In this document: positions 49,886 through 62,450 of the stretch, piece after piece
Layout of the letters: every line of letters starts with the position of its first letter
Numbering within the stretch: the stretch's first letter is position 1
Origin: Camelus ferus
Lineage: Eukaryota
DNA length: 64,000 nt
Assembly (NCBI RefSeq): GCF_009834535.1
Contig: NC_045697.1
Span: forward strand, 90,770,001-90,834,000
Direction of reading: 5' to 3'
Position numbers and translations under genes: made by a program
The notes under the pieces: model-generated
Database searches by the model: none
What the model was told of the DNA's origin: nothing
Seen by the model: the letters and a program-made list of their open reading frames with translations, nothing else

Positions 49886-49936
49886 GACTCCTGGGTTATC
49901 TGGACTCCTAGGTTATATGGACTCCTAGGTTATATG
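49886..49936 (+). repeat. 3 x 17-bp tandem repeat
   Basis: gactcctgggttatctg / gactcctaggttatatg / gactcctaggttatatg. Confidence 0.9.
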
Positions 49937-52289
49937 GTGGTGCCATTCACTAAGACAGGGAAAGGGAAGAAAAACTGGTTAAAGGACTTATTCTCTCACA
50001 TTCCCCCTGATAACTGGTGTTCCCATTCCTATTGCCTTGATGGCAGTATTTTGAACTAAATAACTTGTATTTTCAGGCCAGATGGGGATCCTACCCAAGG
50101 GCCAATAATCCGTAGGATGAATAATGATTTGTGTGATCGGGCTACAAAAAATAAGAGTCTTCCTTCCTTGGGTTTGAACTAAGAAGTAGAGGAAAAATCT
50201 GGCAATTAGAGCAGAGGCCAAATGACTTAATCTAATAGAGGTTCAGCAATGGCAAATTAGGTCAGTCAGGTTCCCATAAGATAACAGATGAAAAACTCAA
50301 ACTGCATAATTTGGAAAGAATTATTAAATTATTTACAGAGGTACAGGTAAGGGTCAGTAAACCAACACGGGATAATGTAGTACCCCCAAGGGCAAGTGGT
50401 TATTACACCTAAGGGGCAAAGGGAAGGATCAGAGATTAACTGTACAGAGAGGGATCTGCAGTCAACCCTTGGTAACGCATCTTGGGGAATAAGGACTATG
50501 ACCTCACTATCTTCTGACTTTGAATCTCCTGCAGATATTTCTCTCTACCTGAATACACTGAGACGGCAGGCAGAGGGATTATCATTGATGTAATCTGGAC
50601 AGGTCAGCCCTCTGTGACACATGAACAGGAAAGGGTGGAGAAGGGATATGGAGAAGCAAATAGAAGATAGGTGAAACTGTTCCCCAGAGGCAGTTATGCA
50701 GAAGCAGGAATTATCAGTATATATTTAAAAGAAGGACAACAAATAGCCAACTCCCTTCACTGACATTAGTGGCACTACACTACAATGAAGATACCCAAAC
50801 ATCTACTGTTGAGTACTTTGGAGACCTTTTGAGTACACATTTACCCTTCTTCTCTCCTTGCAAGCACAACCTATTGCTGAGAGTCTTCCTGTGTTTCTTC
50901 AAAAAAGCATCTTGACAATTTTTCACTTAAAAAAAAAAAAAGCAACAAACAAAACCACTAACCATGATTAGGTAACCATGTGAATCTAACTTCAGGGAAT
51001 CACTCTCCATAACCTTGTTCTCAACTGAATGTCTTTAATTCACGTGTGCTTAAATAGACAGTAAAGCAAAACGTGTATTCTGAGTGTGAATTTGACAGAC
51101 TTTTATAAGAGAGTCAAGCATCACCTGGCAAAACTCCAAAAGGTTGACTACAACAGGAAGAGGAGTTAGATAGATAGCAGTTAAAAACACAAAGCTTCAC
51201 CAATAACGGAGCTAGTAGACATGGTGCTTCTCTGGGGATATGCTTAGAGGGGGAAGTACAATCCCTTTTTAATTGGAAATGGGTTTGGGAGGTTGCTTAG
51301 GGTCAGGTAAATTGGAAATTAGTACAACAGAAAACAAGAAAGACCTTACTTTTAACTACCTGTTGTAATGTGTGAATAGTTTATTAGCCTTAGGAAAATA
51401 AAGGATTTATGCCTAGTACTTTCGAGTAAATTAATAAAAATTTATCTTGAGTTTAATGTGATTGGAACGAGATGTAAGAGAGGGGAGTCCAGTACACATT
51501 TTCGGCCTAGTTTTGCAGCCCTTAAAGGAAGCCAGGAGGGACCCATTGGCAAGTCCACACAAATGTCAGGTATAGATATTTTTGAGGGGTAGGAAGGAGG
51601 TCCCTCAGAGAAAAAAGGTTTCACCCAGCTGAACCCATTTTCAGCGACCTTACGGTGCGAACAGAACCATTAACTCGCAAATACAAGTACAGGAAACCAG
51701 TAACACTCATTTAAGTGCCAAGTACAGAGCTTTTCTGAGATTTTAAAATCTAAAAGTATTTGTACCTGTTTTCTGGTACCTTTTTACATATATCCATTTC
51801 AGGAAAAAGTATTTGCAATATGGTTAATTTGTAAACAAGTGTTATCTCTACAAATTAAAAAAAAAATTAAGAGCCGGCAAAGTATTAACAATTTGTTGTA
51901 CTCCGGAGCACTTTAAAATTACTTCGGATCGTGGGTGAGAATAAGGGCAGGGAAGTGCACTAAACCGAGCGCCAGGGCAAAGGTTTCTTAAAGTTACTTA
52001 CAAACGAAAGTTTTCATTTTGTACGTGACTCAAGATTACAGGTGACTGCAGTGCCCAGAAGCGCCAGGGGGAAACTTTCTCACCGGGATAAGCGACGGAC
52101 TCAAGGAGGAAAATGGCCCAGCGGGGTAGCCCCGCCCAATCGGGAGCCGCCCAGGGTAGGTGGCCAAGATTACCCTCCTCGCCTCAGGCCAACTCCACTT
52201 CAGGGCCTGGGGCAAAGCCGCCGCCCCGCCCCCGGCCCCACGTGCGTAGCCCGCCCCGCCCCGTGCCCGCAGCTGGCGAAGCGAGGCGC

Positions 52290-52500
52290 GAGCCCACCGC
52301 GAGTCACAGAGGCGGGTGCGCGCCCTGCCCCTGTGCCCGCGGCCTGGGCAGCTGTAGCCCGGGAGCGGGGGAATCGCCCTATTCGCCCTCCTTCCCCCTC
52401 GGCTGGCCACTAGCGCGGGGCCGGCCCTCAAGCCGGGTGGCACCCAGGCGGGCTCTTCAGTGGACCACCGCGGGCGGAGGCCTGGCGAGGGCGGCAGCCG
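52290..52500 (+). other. LARP1B: Probable non-coding alternative first exon of LARP1B (start approximate)
   Basis: Strong donor CCG|GTGAGT at 52501, downstream of CCAAT and GC boxes. A second candidate donor CAG|GTGAGG lies at 52673. Confidence 0.6.
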
Positions 52501-52971
52501 GTGAGTAGCCACGTCACGCTCCTCCGGGAGGCTCCGCCCCCGCTCCGGCCTCTCGGGCCGCCCCCTCTACGCCCCCGCGAGCAGTTACCGGCTGAGGGAG
52601 CGCGCGCGTCCCTGACTCGGCTAGAGGTTCTTCGGCCCCGGCTTGCTGCGTCTCCGCCGCTGCCCGCGCCAGGTGAGGGCTCGCGGCTCCAGGCTGCGGC
52701 GCCCGGCGCGTGTTGGCTGACTCCGGGCTTGCGCCGCTGAGGCGGACTGGGCCGGCGGGCGGTTAGCGCCCTGTTCGACGCGGGGAGAGGCGGCACGCCG
52801 GGCGCTGCACGGCCTCAGCCGACGCGGGCGGCCGCGGCGGCGGCGACGGTGGCTGGGCTCTTGGGTTCTCCACCTCAGACCGGAGCCAGTCGGTGTCCCG
52901 GCGGAGAGACGGGCAGCCGGGCTCCCTGGCCCCGGGCCCCCCCCGGCTGGGGCGGCTGGGGCAAGGGGACA

Positions 52972-53476
52972 ATGTCTGCTCGGGCCCCAGTGCCCGCCGC
53001 TCACTCTCGGGAGGAGCCGCCCGCGGCAGCTGCTGAGAGGGAGTCGCTGTCGGCCGCGGCGAGCCGGCAGGCCGAGCAGCTGCCCTCGTTCGAACGGGAG
53101 GGCAAGGAGGCGGCGAGGGAGGAAAGGGCCGCTACCACCACCAGCGCGGGGGCGCGGGGAGAGCCGTCGCCGGCGCCGGTGCTGGGACACAGCGTGCCCC
53201 AGGCGGCCGTGCCCGTGAAGCCCCTGGCGCTGCACCTGGCGCACAAGGCGCGCGGGCCCGGGGGCCCCTTTGGCGGGGAGCCGACGCCACCGCTGTTGCG
53301 GGACCCGGCGGCCGAGGACGCCCGGGAGAAGGAGGTGGCCACCAGCCCTGAGGAAAAGCTGCAGCCGCCGCCGCTGCCCCCTAAGGAGAATCCCTGGACC
53401 AAAAAACCTCCCCAGCACCTGTCCCCCGCCGGGACGGGGCCACTGCCACCGTCCCCGCTGGAAATCCTGGAGGCAG
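52972..53476 (+). CDS. LARP1B: LARP1B long-isoform first coding exon
   Basis: acaATG (A at -3); MSARAPVPAAHSREEPP...PPLPPKENPWTKK...LEILEA. Donor CAG|GTCTGT is phase 1, in frame with exon 60191. PPKxNPWTK resembles paralog LARP1. Confidence 0.75.
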
Positions 53477-55191
53477 GTCTGTGGCGGCTCTGCGGTGGGC
53501 ACTGGGAGGGTGTGTCCAGGGGCCACGCGCGTGGCGGCGGAGGGCTCGCGCGGGGCTGGGGGAGGGGTTAGGCCTCCTTTCCCTGTCAGTCCGAGATATT
53601 TCGTTCCAAGGTGTCATTCAGTCTGCCTATTTACATAAATGGACATCTGGGAAGGGAGCAGCAGGAAGAGGTGGGACCTCGGGTTCTCCTTGACTGGTGG
53701 GGCACCGCGCGGGTAGTGTAGCTGAGCCGCTGGGCTGGCACGGGCTCAATTACGTCTTGCCTCCACGTGTTAGTGACACGAGAAAGCTGACTTTAGGTAG
53801 GTGTTGCAGTTCATCCTGTAGAATAGCTTCTGTGGGCTTTTTTTTTTTTTTTTAAGGTGACTTAGCAAGTCGGAGCAAGATGATTTACTTCGAAGTGGAA
53901 GCACAGTTGTGATTTTTAAAAATTGAAATAACTGATTAGCTGAAAATCTCAATGTTTTCAAAACAGTCCTAAACGGTCATATTAAAAACGAGTTTAAAAA
54001 AGAGACTATACTGTAGTTGCTACTAAAACGCTTTGAGTTATGATTGTGGTGGAAAATAATTGAAATAGGACAGTTTTTTGCGCATTAGTAAATTGTAGTC
54101 TAACGTTGTTAGGTCTCTTTCCCTTTAGAGGAGATAAAATTATGCCACTGCATTTGAATGCTGACCATTGCAGTATGGCCCTTGCTGCTTTTGGTTATAG
54201 CAACTGCAGGTTTGTTTTTTTTTTAAGTGGAAATACTAAACAAAACGAAGACAAAAAGCAATAACTCCTAGTTTTGCTTTTTAATTAAATTGTAGTAAAT
54301 TAATAGAAATTTTCATATAGAAGTTACAGCTATTTGCTTGCAAGTCTTCACTTTTCCTAGAATTAAAAGCTAACAGTGGAAGCTTTGAGCACATTTGCCG
54401 GGTTTTGAGGATCAAATGAGATAAAAAGATATGGTTAAATATAAGGTGATTGTTAGAGACACATATTGCATGTATGTTAACATTTCTTCGGAGGAACTGC
54501 AATAGAGTGAGATGTGTCGATTTCTTTAACTTTTGCACATAAATACTCACCATTCTTGATAAATTTTGACACTTGGAGAAAAAGCCACTTAAAAATTTGC
54601 TCTAAATTTAATGCCGTCATTCTCTTCTAGCTGTGATCTACTTAATGCTATTAATAACTGAAGAGAACAAAATCTCCATTAAATTTAGTGAAGAGAAAAC
54701 CCTAGTGAATCTTAATGACTGTCTCACCTCCCTACTTCTAGACTTAACTCAGATTATATTATACGTTCTATTCAGCGAGCTACAAAAAAAAAACCCCACT
54801 TGATTGTAAAATCATTTTGACAGGTTTTAAAACTTTCAGGATGAGACTCAGAAAATTTAGTTGGAAATGATCTTGTGAAAATATAGTTTAATGTAATTAA
54901 TCTATAGGTGCCTTCATTAGGGATCTTAATCTTTGTTGGAGATTAGGAACATGGTGATGTTTGATATATGGTGTGGTTCATGGGAATTTTAATTTTGCTG
55001 ATGACTCTGTAGGCAACAGTTTCTGTTCTTGGAATCCATTCTGGGCCCACAGGAATAACGTTTTTCAGACTTAGAGTATTGTAGTAACTTTATAGTCTCT
55101 CCCCAGTACTAACTCTCCACTGTTCTACCACAGCTTCTATTTGCAATTGAATATTTTAGGCAACTAAGATGGTAGTATAGAACTGCACAAT

Positions 55192-55850
55192 GTGTGTGTG
55201 TGTGTGTTTATGTGTGTGTGTATATATATACACACACACACATAGATATTTTGAAGTATAGTCAGTGTACAATGTTGTGTCAGTTTCTGGTGTACAGCAT
55301 AATGCTTCAGTCATATATGAACATATATTTGTTTTCATATTCTTTTTCACTGTAAGTTACTGCATGCTATTGAATATAGTTCCCTGTGCTATACAGTATG
55401 AACTTGTTTATTTTATATATGTTAGTTAGTATGTGCTAGTTAGTATCTGTTAATCTCAAACTCCCAATTTATCCCTTCCCCGCCTGGTAACCATAAGATT
55501 GTTTTCTATGTCTGTGAGTCTGTTTCTGTTTTGTAAAATTCATTTTTTTTAGATTCTGCATATAAGTGATATCATATGGTGTTTTTCTTTCTCTTTCTGG
55601 CTTCGCTTAGAATGACAATCTCCAGGTCCATCCATGTTGCTGCAAATGGCATTATTTTATTATTTTTTATGGCTGAGTAGTATTCCATTGTATAAATATA
55701 CCACAACTTTATCCAGTCATCTGTCGATGGACATTTAGATGTTTCCATGTCTTGGCTATTGTAAATAGTGCTGCTATGAACATTGGGGTGCATGTATCTT
55801 TTTGAATTAAGATTCCCTCTGGATATATGCCTGGGAGTGGGATTGCTGGA
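55192..55850 (-). mobile_element. 5'-truncated young L1 3' end, same family as 2219-2863
   Basis: Near-identical stretches to 2580-2860; perfect 14-bp TSD tagaactgcacaat at 55178-55191 and 55851-55864. Confidence 0.9.
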
Positions 55851-58800
55851 TAGAACTGCACAATTTGGATTCTCCTCCAGATACTGTTACTACCTAGTTG
55901 ACTTTTGGCAAGATTTCTGTGCCTTATAAATGAATGAAGTGGATGTATTTTCTCTTTCAGTTCTTAATACCAAAGTGCTATCTATAACCTGTGTTCCTTG
56001 GCTTCCTGTTTACCTAAGCAAATTTGCAACCTCAAAAGTAATGAAATAGAAGCAGAGGACCTTTAGGGTCTAGAGTAGGTACAAACTAGGAGAGTGTTAA
56101 TATAATGTGTTAGTGGGAGACTTGTGCATTTTATCCTGTAAATCAGGATATTCTTGAGAGGGAAAGAAAAGGATATTAATTATGCAGTAATAACAGACTT
56201 AAACTCTCTGTCCTAGCCAAACCTGAATTTACTGTCACTCACTTAATGAGGTACAGGGATTCCGTGCACAAAATTTTGCCAGAAAGTTTATTATGAGAGA
56301 TAGAAACATTATAGGAAATGTAGGGGAATATTTCAGGACTGCTAATCATGAATTTTCTGTTAGAACCTGCAGTTCTAACTGAACTGCAAGTGAGGCATTT
56401 TTACTTCTTCATCTCTTCTGACACACTTTCTTCCACTTTTGGGATGGTTCTGGCTTGGGTATTGCTCTTTCTGGTAATCCTGATAAAGCCCTTTATTCAG
56501 CCAAAGCCTTCCCCATAGGAGAGGCCTAGAATAGTGTCACTGCAATCTTGAATTCCAGTCTCCTGACCAGAAAGAATTCTCCCCGAGTCCTCGTTTAAAG
56601 TTTTATTTATTTTGGAGACCTTTATTAAAATCATAATATGGTATTTAATAATTACTAATCTGTAGTTATGATTATGTTTTGCATAGTACAAATCAGCTTT
56701 CTAATACAATTTTCATTCTTTAATTCACAGAAATGGTGTATAAAAATACTGATTTTTTTCATCTTTTTTTCCTTAGTTTTTTTGACCCTATCAATCCTCT
56801 TTTCTCCAAATGTGTTTCCCAGAGACCTCAAATAAGCTTACTGTTACTCTAATAAGATGCTATTATATAAATGATACATAAGTATGTTCTTATAAGAATG
56901 GAACTTTTGATCCCTTCAAAAAAGGAGATAATCATCTTACCAGTTTGCTAAATATCCTTTCAGTCCTTTCAATGCAATTACTTCTATATAGAGCATTTTG
57001 TATATGCATTTAGAACATTTTTAATTTAAAGTATTGGTTGCTGATTTTCTTTTTCTTTACAGTTAGTCAGTTTATTTTTTTTATAATTATAATTAACATT
57101 AGTTTCAGGTATACAACATAATGATTCAATATTTGTGTGTTGTGAAATGATCACCATAAGATTAGTTAACTACCATCTACATACTTAGTTATAAAAATTT
57201 TATCTTATAATGAAGTTGAACATTTTAAATTTCAGCTTCAAAAAAATTGCTGAGAAATGGTCCATAAGTGTAACTGACATAGTCAGTTAAGCCATTTACC
57301 TATTGATCAACATCTTGATTGTTTCAGACATTTTTATACACACCTCTTATACACTTTTGATTTTCTCTAGAATAAGTGAAATTGATACTCCCACTTTTAC
57401 AGCATGAGAAGTAGTTTTTTTTTTACATTAAAAAAACTTATTTACTGTGGCAAAACAGCATGTTATGACATTTTCCCCTAAAATATAATAAAATATATGA
57501 AATATTGATAACTATCAATGAATTTTCTTAATTGAAACTTTCCTAAAGATTATGGTCATGAAAATTTAAGTGAATAAAGTTGCCCCTGTTATGTTGCAAG
57601 TTTTTGTTTTCAGTATCCAAGCTCTTAAAATGAACTGTTTTCCTATTTGGAATTAGCTTCTTATAGATTTAGATGTTAGAATAATATGCAAAAAAAGTTG
57701 TATTTGTATGATGTCTCACCAGTGATGTTTGAAAAATAAAAGTATGAAGATTACACACTTGTTCGTGTTTATTTATATGTACTTGGGACCACTAGTAGCT
57801 TAGTTTTCTTCATCTGTCTGAAAAAATTTTCTTAATTAAAATTTCTTTATTTAAAGGTTTTTCAGGTTGTCTTGGTTTTTCAGTCTTAGGTTTTCTCTAA
57901 TGACATGCCAGGGTAATTTCCTCCATTTTGGTTGGAACATGGGAAAATGAAAAATTTCTTTTCTTAGGCTTGTTTTTATCTGTTCTATATGTATATATAA
58001 AATACATATGTATATATAAAATACTTTAAACCTGGTAGATTTTTTCCATGTCAATATGTACAGATTTATCTTATTTCTAAAAATTTTTATATTTTATGTA
58101 AATGTACCAATAATATAACTATCCCATATTATTGAATGTAGATATTATTTATTTAAATACAGTTATTAGCAGAGCTGCAGTGAGTATCTTATACAGACAA
58201 CTTAGTACCTTGTCTTGATTCCCAGATAATTTCCCAGAAATGGAATTGCTTCATTAGAAAGTGTATACATTTTAAATGATTGATTACTCTTGAGAGGTTC
58301 TACTATTTCACTCTCATTCCAACAATATCAGAGAAATGTCCATTTTATCAGTATGACAGGTGAAAAATGTTTTAGTTTACATTTCTTAGAGCAATTGAGT
58401 GCCATTTCATGTTTGGCCACTGGTATTTCTTATTTGAATCATCTGTTTATCTTTTACTCAGATTTGTTTTTTTTAAAGCTCATTGTCATCCTTTTAACCA
58501 GAAAAGACTGGGTTGATGAGGTGGTCTGAGTGAGCAGCACACAGTACTTCCTTCTGTTGGACTTGGAATTAGACAAATATGTCCACAATTGGCATTGCAC
58601 AACTGCAGGTTCCCCTTCTACTTTTGTTGGGCAGTGTGCCCTTTGAAGTTGGCAGCACAAAGGAGCAGATTAGAATGCTTGCTCTCTGTGGACAGCTAGG
58701 TCCCAAAGAAAAGTGGGCAGGGTGCTAGCTTTGCAAATTTAGTTCCTTTTCCTAAACTCACTAATTAGGAAACTTAATTTCCGTGGGAGGAATTGGAACT

Positions 58801-60190
58801 TGGGAACAGGAATTTTCTGGGGAAAGTCTTCCTTTCAGAAAAGTAAATTTACTGTGAGGGCCATTAGGTAACCAATATTAAGAAATCACTCTTTCCTATC
58901 CCAGAGTATTCAGCCACATTGGCCAACATAGTTTGTCAAATACCTTGTGATGAGAATAAATTACGATATTGATAAACTAAATATCCAAATTGCAATGTGT
59001 ACATAAAGATACTCCATTATTAAAATGTCAGCATTATACAGGCCATAGAGTTAAGTGTGAAATTTTTTTCCCATTATATTTTTTAAGGAGGAGTTAAAAG
59101 ATGAGAGATTAAAATTTAAACAAAAGTCCAAAGTTTTTGAATCCAAAAGAATTGACTGCAATCAAAATCTCTTGTCCTTTTATTTTTAAATGTGAAGAAA
59201 TAAAAATCGATTCTTCCTCTCCAACCCCTTTACTCACTTTTGGCTAGAGATTATCATCAGTGTCTGGGTAGAGTATGGTACCACATTCATTTTTAAATCA
59301 TATTTGTAATTTTTTTGCAAATGATTTTTCTTAAATAATTATCCTTATGCACATTTACATTCATGTTTACACATATGTGTACCTAAAGTATAAAGAAGTA
59401 TAAAGCAAATACCCATGTACTCACTATTCTGCTTTAGAAATAGAATTAATACAATATTCAAGATACCAGTGTGCCCAGCCCTGATGATATCTTGAGCCTT
59501 CATTCATCTTTCATAAGTACTCTATCTTAGTTAAGTATTTCTGGGCTTTAACTCAAAGATTGCTTTATTTTAGCCTGTGAATTAGTCACTTCCATGATTT
59601 ATGGGATTCATGTTTTGCTAAATTATTGTGTTTTCCATAGTTGCAGATCCCATGTTTATTCTACTTTTTAATATTTACTTCAGGCCATGTTTAGCTAGAT
59701 GATATGCCATCTGGTCATCATGCTAGATAGTGAATCAAGGTAAAAGACAGGATTATGGTTCCCAAACTTTGTTTTCAAGGGCAAATAGTTTGAAGTTTTC
59801 TGACTTATTTTCTGGATGGCTCTTTGATGAGTGTGAATTTATTTGTATATAATATGTATAGAAAAATGTATCCCATTAGGAATTTATTTACTAACTTTTC
59901 TGTATTAAAATATATTTCTAATTTTTCCATGTTGTATTCTGATAGTGAAAGGATTGGTCTATCAGTTCAGTGTAAGTAAGCTGTTAATATTTTCTACTTC
60001 TTCATTTAAACACTGAAGACCACTTTGAATCTATGTTTAAAATGTAGTTGATTTCTTGTTAGGAATTTGTCTCAGCTTTGGATTTTGTTGAAAATATTGA
60101 CTACACTGACTTACTGAAGTTGGTTTCATAGTTATTTTGTTAAATATATGGAATGATACGGTTGTAAAAACAAGTCTTTTTTTTTTTTAG

Positions 60191-60249
60191 ACCTCAATTC
60201 CCCCAAAATTATAAAAGCAGGAAAACCTAAGACAAAGAAATCCAACAAG
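60191..60249 (+). CDS. LARP1B: LARP1B exon 2 (coding in the long isoform, UTR in the short one)
   Basis: Poly-T then AG acceptor; (D)LNSPKIIKAGKPKTKKSNK; donor gtatgt. Confidence 0.82.
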
Positions 60250-60616
60250 GTATGTCTTTAAAGGAAATAGTTTTTAACTATAATGATTTCGAAAGGAACT
60301 CTTCTTAGATTATAGTGTATTTTTCTTTCCTATCATTGTTAGTTTAAAGTTACTATACTAGAGAATTGTAATCTTCATCCAAATCCCCATATGCCTTTGT
60401 TAACCCTGTGTCTGTCAATTTAGTCAATGTCATTGTATTAGAAATTGGACTGTAAGACCAAAGCATTCTTCTTACAACGTTCTATTGTTTGGAGAAGGTT
60501 TTAGATTAATTTGACAAGTGAATACATACAATTGAATGTAGGTGATTTAAAACATTTCTTTCACTTCAAAAAATTTCTGATTTACAGACATAAATTTTGT
60601 TGTTGTTACTTCTTAG

Positions 60617-60676
60617 GCTAGTGATTTCAGCGATATGGCGAATTGGCCAACACCAAGTGAATTAGTAAGCACTGGA
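60617..60676 (+). CDS. LARP1B: LARP1B exon 3; short-isoform ATG at 60635
   Basis: ASDFSD-MANWPTPSELVSTG matches the recalled LARP1B start MENWPTPSELVNTG; donor gtgagt. Confidence 0.92.
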
Positions 60677-61244
60677 GTGAGTATTGTTTTTTAAGACTTA
60701 TTTTTAATAAAGGGAAAATATTGTCATTTCAACATGTGGAATTTATTTTACTTCAAATTTAGAGAATTGCATTAATAAAATACCCATTTTTTCAGATACC
60801 TTGATTTCATTCATCACATTGCCTTCATCTGGTTGTATTCTCAGGACCTTACATTTGGAAGGGATGGGGTACCATGCTGTCATCTTCACGTAATACCTAC
60901 AAATAGATTAATTTTTAATATAATGTGTGTAATTGAAGCCCACTTTGTGTTTCAGAATTTTTTCTATATATATATTTTTTTGATCTATCATCCTTTCAAT
61001 GTGTTCAAGCCCTAATTACACATATATACACACACACATATATGCATGTATATCATATCAAGAAATATTCAGTGAATGGATTTTTGATTTAGCTATGAAA
61101 GAAACTCTAAAAGATGGTTTTGAGATATTCTATCAAAAGACATTAGAGGAGTAGCAAACATTGTTATTTGGTTGCATGTTTTCATTTGACACTGTACACT
61201 TTGCTGTTTGTAATTTGTGCATAGTTGTAAATAATATATATAAA

Positions 61245-62150
61245 ACAGCTTAAGTAGTGTATAAGTGACATAATAAACTATACATATATAAAGTTTGCAG
61301 TTTGGTGTATTTTGACTTGTGAAACCATTGGCACAAACAAGATGACGAACTTAACCAGTACCTCAAAAGTTTCCTCATACTCCTTTGTAATTCTCCCTGT
61401 TACATTCCCACTGTCATCCCAGGCAACCACTGATATGTTTTCTGACACTTAGTTAAGTTGTGTTTTCTATAATTTTATGTAAGTGGAGTCATACAGTATG
61501 TATTTTTTTTTTCTGGCTTTCATTCAGCTTAATTATTTTGAGATTTATTTATGTAATATGTATTAGTTGTTCATTCCTTCTTATTACTGAGTAGTATTCC
61601 ATTGTATGGATATAAGTGTTTATCCATTCATCTATTGATGGACATTTGTGTTGATTTCACTTTTTGGCTGTTACAAATAAGGCTGCTGTACAAACACTTG
61701 TGTAGAGAATTTTCTATGGATATATGCTTTCATTTATCTTGGGAGTAGAGGGTTGAATATTATGGTAGCTATTTGTTAACTTTTTAAACTACCAAACTTT
61801 TTATTCCTACCAGCAATGTATGAGAATTATAGTTATTCTGCATTCTTACTGGTACTTGATGTGGTCAGCCTTTTAAATTAATTTTAGTCAGTCTAGTAGG
61901 TGTAGGGTGGTATTGCATTGTAGTTTTAATTTGCATTTTTCTGACTAGTGATATCAAGCACCTTTTCATATGCCATCATTATATCTTTTCGCTAAAGCAT
62001 CAGTTCAACTCTAGCCCATTTTTAAATTGTTTTCTTGTTACTGCATCTTGAATTCATTATATATTTTGGATACAAGTACTTTTGTCAAATACTTAACAAA
62101 TATTTTCTCCCAATTTTTGGCTTGACTTTTAACATTGTCTTTTGACAAGT
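61245..62150 (-). mobile_element. L1MB-like 3' fragment
   Basis: cccaggcaaccactgat...gagtagtattccattgtatggatata...ttttaatttgcattttt. Confidence 0.8.
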
Positions 62151-62275
62151 CATTTTTAATTTTTGTTTAAAGTTGTCATTCATTTGGCAATATTTAGGTA
62201 AGGTGTTACCATAAACTTTTGAATGTTAGTGAAAATGTTCATGAAAACTATTTCATTCAGAAAAACTTTTTGCAG

Positions 62276-62450
62276 TGTCAGAGTGCCATCAGCCAAGGAA
62301 ATAAGAAGCCACAAAATAGAAAAGAACGAGAAGACAAGGTTGAAAAGAGAAATAACAGTGAAAGCAAAGAAAGCCGGGAAACAAAATTAGATGGTCCTGG
62401 TGAAAATGTCAGTGAGGATGAGGCTCAGTCAAGTAATCAAAGAAAGAGAG
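62276..62450 (+). CDS. LARP1B: LARP1B exon 4; the gene continues off the right edge
   Basis: CQSAISQGNKKPQNRKEREDKVEKRNNSESKESRETKLDGPGENVSEDEAQSSNQRKR; tgcag/gttagt flanks. Confidence 0.93.

Larger units (their letters stand above)
52050..53770. promoter_or_regulatory. LARP1B CpG-island promoter
   Basis: Very GC/CpG-rich. CCAAT at 52136, multiple GC boxes, CACGTG at 52239-52244, CCACGTCA at 52509-52516. Confidence 0.88.

Noticed and set aside
52621..53526. 301-aa minus-strand ORF, plus other antisense ORFs in the LARP1B island
   Set aside because: Antisense shadow of a GC-rich coding exon; low-complexity R/G/P composition and no family resemblance.
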